Below are positions 6,209 to 14,000 of a stretch of 16,544 nucleotides of DNA, in pieces (positions within the stretch are counted from its first letter, which is position 1; each line of letters starts with the position of its first letter). The position numbers and the translations under genes were made by a program. The notes under the pieces were generated by a model. It saw only the letters and a program-made list of their open reading frames with translations. It was not told the origin of the DNA and searched no databases. The DNA comes from Silvanigrellaceae bacterium (GTDB lineage: Bacteria; Bdellovibrionota_B; Oligoflexia; Silvanigrellales; Silvanigrellaceae), in contig JBMSQQ010000074.1 of assembly GCA_049423385.1 (NCBI GenBank), forward strand, positions 1 through 16,544, read 5' to 3'.

Positions 6209-8919
6209 GCGGAAACGGCAAGTGGCTCATAATAACAGAGAAGCCCAGCGTTGCAGGTGATATTGCCAAGGCGCTTGGTGGATTTGAAAAAAAGAACGAC
6301 TACTACGACAGCGATAAATATCTGATGACCTGGGCCGTGGGTCACCTTGTGGAATTGTTGTCTCCCGAAGACCTCGATCCCAAGTACAAGCGTTGGTTGC
6401 TGCAGGATCTACCAATTCTACCGCAGCGATTTGAATACAAGCCGAAGGATGGCCAAAAAGAGCGCCTCGACACCATCAAGTCGCTCGCCAATCGCAACGC
6501 CGTGGTTGGGCTCATCAATGCATGCGATGCCGGCCGCGAGGGTGAGCTCATTTTTCGCGAGCTGTATGATTACTCCGGGGCCAAGAAGCCGATTCGCCGC
6601 TTGTGGCTGCAGAGCATGACCCATGATGCTATCCGCAAGGAGTTTGCATCGCTGCGTGAGGGGAAAGAATTCGACAATCTGAGCGATGCAGCGCGCTGTC
6701 GCGCCGAGAGCGACTGGTTGATAGGCATGAATGCGACCCGCGCCGTGACGCGTCGTCTCAAACCCAAAGCGCAAAAAGGTGTCAGCTGGAGTGTGGGTCG
6801 GGTTCAGACTCCAACTCTCGCGCTCATCGTCAAGCGTGAAGCCGAGATTCTCCGCCACAGACCTGAACCCTACTGGACGATTGAAGGTCGCTTCTCGACA
6901 GACACGCACGAATACTCTGGCCAGTGGTTCGACCCCAACTTCAAGAAAGTCGAAACCTCGGAAGACGATGAAACGGCCATCCGGGAAAAGGATGATCGGA
7001 TTTTCTCGAAGACCCAACTGGATAAAATTATCGCCGAGTTGACAGCCAAAAAAGACACGGCTTCGGCATCCGAAACACGCAAGGAATCGCGGGAAATCGC
7101 TCCTCAGATGTTCGACCTCACGACGCTGCAGCGCGAGGCCAATCGCAGGTTTGGAATGCCCGCGAGCCGCACGCTGCAGGCAGCCCAACGACTCTATGAA
7201 AAACACAAGGTGCTCACCTACCCACGTACCGATTCGAAGAATTTGCCGGAAGATTACGTCGACAGCGTGAAAACCATCCTCGGCAAATTCGGCGACTCAA
7301 AGCTCGATTTTGCCGGAGTGAGCAGACGTATTCTTTCCCGCGGCCTGTTGAACAAGGATCGTGTTTTCAACAACAAGGGAATTTCAGACCACTTTGCTAT
7401 CATTCCCACTGGCGAGGTTCCACCTTCTCTCGAGGGTGATGATCTGCGAATTTTCGATCTCGTGTCGAAACGATTTCTTGCAGCATTCATGCCTCCTGCG
7501 GTGTGGGCAAAGGTGGAGCGCATTACGCGCATCAGCGATTACAATTTCCGCACCCGCGTTTCAGACCTCCAGGAACAAGGTTGGCGTGAAGTTTATGGCA
7601 AGGACTCCGAGGATGAGCCGAGCTTGCCCAAGCTGCATCCCACTGACCCGAATGCCAACGTCAAGGTCAAAACAGAGACCGTGGAATCACTTGAGAATGC
7701 GACTAAACCTTTGCCGCGTCTGACGGAAGCGAAGTTGTTGAGTTTGATGGAACACTGCGGACGCACGGTCGAATCCGAGGATCTTGCTGACGCATTGCGC
7801 GACAAGGGGATCGGCACACCCGCAACCCGCGCAGAAGTCATCGAAAATCTCATCGGCAAGGAATACGTTGCCCGCAGCGGCAAATCGCTTCGCGCAACTT
7901 CCAAGGGAATGCGTTTGCTGGATGTTCTCAATCGCGTTCCAGTCGATGGCCTTGCGAGTGTCGAATTGACGGGTGAGATGGAATTCGGTCTCAAGCAAAT
8001 GGAGCGTGGACAAAAGAGCCGTGCCGAATTCATGAAGGAAATGGCCGATTACACCGCCGAGGTGGTCGAAAAGACCCGTGGGTTCGATTACGAGCAAATC
8101 TATTCGAAAGAGCCTGGTCTTGGTCAATGCCCGGCGTGCAAAAAGGGCACTGTGTATGAGTCTTTCTGGGGCTACAAATGCAACCAGAAGGAAACGTGTA
8201 CATTCATCATCTGGAAAGAAAAAAATCAACGGTATCTCGACAGAAGTCTGGTTTCGGACCTGCTCAGCAAAAAGATTGTTGGTCCAGTTGAATTCACAAC
8301 CTTGAGTGGTTCGACCTACTCGTCGTTTCTGACAACCACAGAAAAAGGTGTCTTTTTCTCTGATGAGAGCGGCACACCCACGGAAACCCTTCCGGGAGCA
8401 GAAATCAAGGTTCTTCACGAAGAACAATTGCCGCAAACCTTTCTCGCATTGCCAGGGCGTTTAATTGAAACTGAAACGGCATACATGTGTGAATTTGGTG
8501 TGCCGGCGGTTGAGGCTGCAGATGATGGCAAGGATGGCGCTGCTGCAGACAAGAAAACAAGCAAAAAGAAGTCGACCAAAACTCCGACAACAGCCCGAAA
8601 GGTCGCTGCAAAGAAGCCCAAGAAATTGATGGCACGCATGCCCAAAACACTTTGCGGGCATGTTGTTTCCCGCGATGAGTTCCGCTCGTTTGTCATCACA
8701 GGAGTGACGCCCGCAATCACCGACTTCAAGTCGAAAAAAGGTCGCCCGTTTGCGGCAACTTTACACCTCAAGGCGAACGGGAACTTTGAATTCAAGTTCG
8801 AGTCGAGGAAAAAGCTCTTGGGCGAGGAAGACAAGCCAAAGACGCGGGCAAAGAAGCCCAGCACCAAGGCAAAGGTGGTCAAAAAGACCTCAAAGGCCGA
8901 GCCTGCTACGGCCGAGTAA
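6205..8919 (+). CDS. topB: DNA topoisomerase III (type IA), long form with zinc ribbon, C-terminal repeats and Lys-rich tails
   Basis: TOPRIM LIITEKPSVA and NACDAGREGELIF, DWLIGMNATRA, SVGRVQTPTL, catalytic LTYPRTDS (Tyr339, codon 7219-7221), GIGTPATRA. CPAC..C..C at about 8128-8200; FKSKKGRPFAATL C-terminal repeat. ATGA overlap with the upstream gene. Confidence 0.9.
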   Translation: MSGNGKWLIITEKPSVAGDIAKALGGFEKKNDYYDSDKYLMTWAVGHLVELLSPEDLDPKYKRWLLQDLPILPQRFEYKPKDGQKERLDTIKSLANRNAVVGLINACDAGREGELIFRELYDYSGAKKPIRRLWLQSMTHDAIRKEFASLREGKEFDNLSDAARCRAESDWLIGMNATRAVTRRLKPKAQKGVSWSVGRVQTPTLALIVKREAEILRHRPEPYWTIEGRFSTDTHEYSGQWFDPNFKKVETSEDDETAIREKDDRIFSKTQLDKIIAELTAKKDTASASETRKESREIAPQMFDLTTLQREANRRFGMPASRTLQAAQRLYEKHKVLTYPRTDSKNLPEDYVDSVKTILGKFGDSKLDFAGVSRRILSRGLLNKDRVFNNKGISDHFAIIPTGEVPPSLEGDDLRIFDLVSKRFLAAFMPPAVWAKVERITRISDYNFRTRVSDLQEQGWREVYGKDSEDEPSLPKLHPTDPNANVKVKTETVESLENATKPLPRLTEAKLLSLMEHCGRTVESEDLADALRDKGIGTPATRAEVIENLIGKEYVARSGKSLRATSKGMRLLDVLNRVPVDGLASVELTGEMEFGLKQMERGQKSRAEFMKEMADYTAEVVEKTRGFDYEQIYSKEPGLGQCPACKKGTVYESFWGYKCNQKETCTFIIWKEKNQRYLDRSLVSDLLSKKIVGPVEFTTLSGSTYSSFLTTTEKGVFFSDESGTPTETLPGAEIKVLHEEQLPQTFLALPGRLIETETAYMCEFGVPAVEAADDGKDGAAADKKTSKKKSTKTPTTARKVAAKKPKKLMARMPKTLCGHVVSRDEFRSFVITGVTPAITDFKSKKGRPFAATLHLKANGNFEFKFESRKKLLGEEDKPKTRAKKPSTKAKVVKKTSKAEPATAE

Positions 8920-8976
8920 AATTCATTCCAATAATATTGGTGTGTTGGGCGGAGTCTTCAGGTTCATCAGGAAGGC

Positions 8977-9006
8977 TTGACGAACACCGCTGCAACGCGT
9001 TATTCC
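8977..9006 (+). promoter_or_regulatory. Candidate sigma70 promoter for tRNA-Met
   Basis: TTGACG at 8977-8982, weak -10 (TTATTC/TATTCC) 17-18 nt later, followed by a GC-rich stretch before the tRNA. Confidence 0.35.
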
Positions 9007-9021
9007 CCAAGCCGCACGAGT

Positions 9022-9098
9022 GGCAGGGTAGCTCAGTTGGTTAGAGCGGAGGTCTCATAATCCTCAGGTCGGCGGTTCAATTCCGCCTCCTGTCACCA
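9022..9098 (+). tRNA. tRNA-Met (CAT), probably elongator
   Basis: Cloverleaf folded by hand: acceptor GGCAGGG/TCCTGTC, D-arm GCTC..GAGC, anticodon stem GAGGT/TCCTC with loop CTCATAA (CAT 9056-9058), T-arm GGCGG-TTCAATT-CCGCC, discriminator A, encoded CCA. G1-C72 pair and no three consecutive G-C anticodon-stem pairs argue against fMet. A4-U69/G5-C68 argue against Ile2. Confidence 0.93.
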
Positions 9099-9119
9099 CT
9101 CCCGCAATCCCCATAAGCG

Positions 9120-10955
9120 TCAATAAGTTTCATCGATCCTCAGCCGCAGACCCAACCAGAACGAATTCAATGAAATTGTGTCGCTCCCGTCACCGGTTGA
9201 TGAAATTTGCAATTTCTTCAGATTGCCCTGCTGGAATCCAAAATTGCTGAGCAGGTTCGAAATTCTCACCGGACCCCAGTGCATCAACTCGTCATCAAAC
9301 GACCACTGCCATCCGCTTTCGATTCCCCATTGCGAACCACGCGCACCAGGGAATTTGAACAAGCCGTAATGCGCGCGTCCAAAAAATCCGTCGATGTTCT
9401 TGCTCGGCATCCACGACAGCGCTGGTTCAAGGTAGGTCCCGCGTTCCGATGGCGACCAAATTTCAAACGTCGATGCCTTTTTGTCATAATTCCATGACGC
9501 CGAAAGCAGGTTGAGTCCTGCGAGTGCCTCAATCCGGATCATGGATTCTCCAAACATGAAATCTTGAATCAGTGAGCCGTGAACAAGGCTGCTTTTGCGA
9601 GTGCCCTGCGCTAGCTGAAACAATGATGATCCGGGGAGTGTAATTTTCAAGGACACGTTTTCGAAATCACGCCGGTGGCGAACGCCCATGCCTACCGAAA
9701 TGGTGCTCCAGATCGGATGCCAGGCTGAAATGGAGTAGCTTTGAACGGCAGGCAGGCGTGCACGATCGGACTCTGGAACGGGCAGCCCGCTGGCATCCAA
9801 CTCAACGTGCCAAAGGCCTGGCCAAAGTACCGACCAAAGTTCAGAAAGAAACGATTCCCGATCATCTGAGCTGGTCCCGTCCGTCTCCGCGCCTTTCAAC
9901 GTGACGACTTCCGAATCATCTGGCGGTTTGGAGACATCGGTCGCAAATATCGAGGTCTTCTTTCCGGCTCCGAGACCTCTGTCCTTGCTGCGGAACGAAG
10001 ATTTTGCCGCCGTGGGTGTTGGCGGCAATTCACTCGATTTCAGTGGCTGTTTGGCAACTGGTTTCGCATTGGGAGGCGCCTTGGCCTGTGGGGGAGCGAT
10101 CGTTGGCACAGGTGGCAATGGAGGAACAGGCGATGCAACGGGTGCGGGTGTTGCGGCGATCCTGGCCTCTGGTGCACTTGAATTTTTTGTCTTGATCCCT
10201 GCTTCCGGTACGGTGAATTCAGCCTTCTCGAGACCAGACTCCTGCAGCAGGGTTTCCATGGCGGCAAAGCGACCCTGCATTGGTTCGGCGGGTACGAACC
10301 AAAGCGCGCCTTCGGGGACGGAATCGCGGAATTTTGAAATCAAGCGCACCCGAATTTGGCCATTGGAAGGATCAATTTCGACTTCGCCTCGCGACAATGC
10401 TGGCGGACTTTCCAACAATTTCGATTTTATGCGCGGCTCTGGACGCGCATAGTTTTCGCCGAGTTGGTTGAAGTCGCGGAACGGCAATTTTTCCTGCAGT
10501 GCTGAAAGAACCGCAAACAGAAAATCGTCCGAAGTCAGTTGATCCCGCCAGTTTGAATTTTTCTTCAAATCAAGTCGGGCTGAGCAATCTTCGCTCAAAA
10601 AAACAGAGGCTCTCTTGGGTCTGCAGTACGCAAAGCCGAGCGCGTCGTCTGCCTGAGTGACCACCAGGCGCCACATGTATGGCTTATAACTCTTCGAAAG
10701 TTCAGATGGAAATGGGCAAAAGTGGGATGGTTGGGAAAAGGTCATGCCCCAAGGCGCAAAACTCCGGTCCTCGTGGAATCTGACAATTTTTTGACACAGG
10801 GTGCTCGAGTAAATGCCCGGATCGATCTCGATGCGCAAGTCTATCGGTCGGGTGATTTCTGCCCGTCCTGATTGGGGAAAACAGCAAAGAAATGTCAAAA
10901 TTCCGAGCTTGAGCCAAGTTTTCCCACGCCAACACCTCAGTCTCCAAAAATTCAA
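9120..10955 (-). CDS. Exported protein: N-terminal domain, Pro/Ala/Lys-rich linker, probable C-terminal outer-membrane beta-barrel
   Basis: Long ORF. Likely start TTG 10955, giving a basic/hydrophobic leader ending ...FPQSGRA|EIT; the start is uncertain. Pro-rich tract at about 10003-10176. The last ~230 aa are alternating aromatic/Gly-rich strands ending SFWLGLRLRIDETY. Confidence 0.65.
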   Translation of the reverse strand: MNFWRLRCWRGKTWLKLGILTFLCCFPQSGRAEITRPIDLRIEIDPGIYSSTLCQKIVRFHEDRSFAPWGMTFSQPSHFCPFPSELSKSYKPYMWRLVVTQADDALGFAYCRPKRASVFLSEDCSARLDLKKNSNWRDQLTSDDFLFAVLSALQEKLPFRDFNQLGENYARPEPRIKSKLLESPPALSRGEVEIDPSNGQIRVRLISKFRDSVPEGALWFVPAEPMQGRFAAMETLLQESGLEKAEFTVPEAGIKTKNSSAPEARIAATPAPVASPVPPLPPVPTIAPPQAKAPPNAKPVAKQPLKSSELPPTPTAAKSSFRSKDRGLGAGKKTSIFATDVSKPPDDSEVVTLKGAETDGTSSDDRESFLSELWSVLWPGLWHVELDASGLPVPESDRARLPAVQSYSISAWHPIWSTISVGMGVRHRRDFENVSLKITLPGSSLFQLAQGTRKSSLVHGSLIQDFMFGESMIRIEALAGLNLLSASWNYDKKASTFEIWSPSERGTYLEPALSWMPSKNIDGFFGRAHYGLFKFPGARGSQWGIESGWQWSFDDELMHWGPVRISNLLSNFGFQQGNLKKLQISSTGDGSDTISLNSFWLGLRLRIDETY

Positions 10956-11007
10956 CCCATAAGTTTGCGTAGTTCCGGCCGATACAGGCTTTCGGGAGGG
11001 CGTATTT

Positions 11008-14000
11008 GTGCTCCGTTCAACCTCACGCCGGGCGATACCTCGCGTGACACGCTGCGGGATATTGGGATCCCATTTGCAACTGATGCTGGTCGCGTTCATT
11101 GCGCTGGCCTGTGTCTCCTGTTCATTTTTTCCTAAAAAAGAGCTTAACGGAACTGCCGAGGAAAGACCAAAACTTGCTCAAGATGTTCTGACAAACCTCA
11201 GCAGCGTGAATGCCACCCTGGAAGTCCTTTACAGTTCCGTCGTGCGTGGTCTGTCGGAAAGCGGCCAGAAGGCACTCGATTTGTTTGTTGTTGAAGTTGC
11301 GGCAAAGAAATCCGACCCTCAGCAGCAAGCCGACCTCATCAAGACAGGTCTTGAAATTTTCGTCGACCTCAAGAGCGCGAAAGTTGATTCAACTGTGTTT
11401 GTCGCCGCCATCAATGCCATGAGAAGCACGATCCTTGTCTTCGATACACCAGCTTTGCGTTACGTTCAGGAATTGGGCAGAAGCAATGTGAGTTCGACGC
11501 TCAATCTCGCTCCCGATCTGCTTGCCACGAACAACATCATGGCACGAACGCTGTTCACTTTTGCAGCTATTGTTGAGCGTGCGGGACTCGCTCCTGTGGA
11601 TGGCAAGTTTCCTGTCATCAGGGCTGAAACCCTCGAAAAGGCAAAACAGGTTGAAGACAAGATTGTCAAATTGCAGCCGCCCCTGTTTGCCAACTTTCAG
11701 CCATATCTGGCTGCGGCATTCAACACCGGGACAATCTTCGAACCAGAGCGCAACGCCAACTTCGAGCAAACAGACTTCACCCTCAATTCTGTTCTCAATG
11801 GGGTGACCCTGGCAACTGCGTTGCAAACACAAAAAGGACTTGGACAGGAGATCACCAAGGAGGTGATCAATGCCTCACTCAAGGATTGGGCTGCCGTTAT
11901 TCAGCAGGCTTCGATTGCAGTTGCAGATGGAAAGGAACCTCCACCAGCAATCACCATTCCGGAAAAGGCCCCAACCTTGGATCCAGCGACGGGAGCGCTG
12001 CCGGATGGATTTCCGGATTGGAAATTCTTCGCTGTGGAATTGCCGCTGACGGGTACCCTGGACCTGACAAAAAATCCACCGGTCTACACACCGTCAATCA
12101 CGTTTGGCAACTCAGACAGTTATCGGTTCCGTGCATGCCAAGAGATCGTGAAGAGCTATTGCACCGAAGAAAAATTGGTGACGATCAACCGGCCGCTTCC
12201 GCCTTGGACGGTGACACTGCGAACATCGACCGGAAATTCCGCATATTTCACTCGCGGTGTCGAATTGATTTGCGAAGCAGCCTTGCGCAGCGAAGAACAG
12301 AAGCCGGTTTACACGTGGTGGCTCCGAAGGCTGGGCGAAAATCAGTTGACCGACATCACGACGCGTTCCACCCAGACGGGTCGATTGCTGCTCAATGACA
12401 TCAGCACCGGTGACCGCGTGTCCTGTAAAGCTTTTGGTGAGTCTCCCTATGGCCTGAGGTCGCTCTCTCCCAAGGATTCGAGCGATCTTGTTGCGCTCAA
12501 TTCATCACCCGAGAGCATCTCTTTGACACCAATCGATCCGGACAAGCCTTATCCCCTGCAGGAGACGGTTGATTCTGCATCGGTCACGCCGCCCGGTGTC
12601 GGAAACAAACGTGAAATTGCAACGGTCGCTGTGGATGATCGCGATCCGAGTGATACAATCGCCAACATTGAAGTTTTTGATTGCGACGGAGTGGCGATTG
12701 AGAGTTGCCCATTTATCATTGAGGAAACGGATTCCAGTCTGAAGACAGCAAAACTGAGACTGAGGGGACCGCTCGATTTTGAGCACAAATCAAACTACAA
12801 TTTGACGCTCAAGGCGGTGGACTTTGGCGGTGCACAGCTCACCGAGAAATTCTTGTTGAATGTCATCAATCAGAACGACCCGATCACGGGAATCTCGCCA
12901 ACAGCAGTGACGCATCCCGAAAACAACACCCTCTTGATGACAACGTTGACGGCAGTCGATCAGGATTGTCCTGTCAACGGAGCCTGTCAGAACACGGATT
13001 ACACATATTCGTTTGAATCAGTCGCGGAGCAGGGATCGGATCAGGACTCTGGCTTTTTCGAGATTGTTGGCCGCTCCCTTCGCTACAAGGATCCCGACGC
13101 GCCGGGTGCACTTCCCGACTTCGAGAAAAGAAATCCGGAGTACAACCTCAAAATCAAGGTGACACACAGCTCGGCTTCCGAGAGTGATCCTGCAGACGTG
13201 AAATTTGCCTTCCAGATGTTGAAAATAACCATCACGGATGTGAACGAAGCACCCTCGGATATCTCCTTGTCAGCAAATCAAATTTCTGAAAACCAGGCGA
13301 TTGGCTCCGCAATTGGCGATTTCAGCGTGACCGATGTTGATGGCGATGATGCGAGTTCGGAGTCGTTCAGCTACACAATGACAGAGCTCGCGCCAACGTC
13401 CGGAAGCTTCGAAATGGTGGGGGAAAACATCAGGACCAAGAAGATTTTTGATTACGAGCAGCTCCTGAATGTCCTTCCCCGGGATGCAGACAACGGCAAC
13501 AAGCCCTATTTCCAGGTCATGTTGACTGCAAAAGACAAGCGGACGTCCGGGACCTCATATTCAATATCGAAAACCTTCAAGATTTATCTCAACGACGTCA
13601 ATGAAGCGCCCACAAGTATTTCCTATTCCAAGTCAATTCTTCCTGAGGGTGTCAGTCCCAGCGATGAGATCACCAAAATTACACTTACAGCCTCCGATCC
13701 GGATACGACACCACAAGATTTCACTTTCAGTATTGTAAAAGTCAGCAGTGGCGGTCAACAGCTCCTGACTCATCCCTTTGTGGTGGTCAAGGGAGCAGGC
13801 ATTTCCAAACTGGAGTTGTCGCGGATTCTGGAATACAACAGCACAACTGCGAATCCAAACGACAGGTCGTTCGATGTGGAATTGAGCGTGAGCGATGCGC
13901 AGTTGTCTATTGGCTCAAATCTCTCCCTCAACATCCTCGTTTCTCGTTTGTCGTTGTCGAACGTTTCTTTCGATGAGAATGATCCCGCGGCAGACGCCGA

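Noticed and set aside
6418..8882. Long antisense ORFs (6418..7206, 7687..8436, 8415..8882; also 1323..1916, 9901..10452, 14947..15534)
   Set aside because: Shadow frames of well-supported genes with no recognisable motifs.
10956..11099. N-terminal extension of ORF 9120..11099
   Set aside because: It overlaps the SD and leader of the adhesin on the opposite strand; the signal-peptide-like segment starts near 10955.
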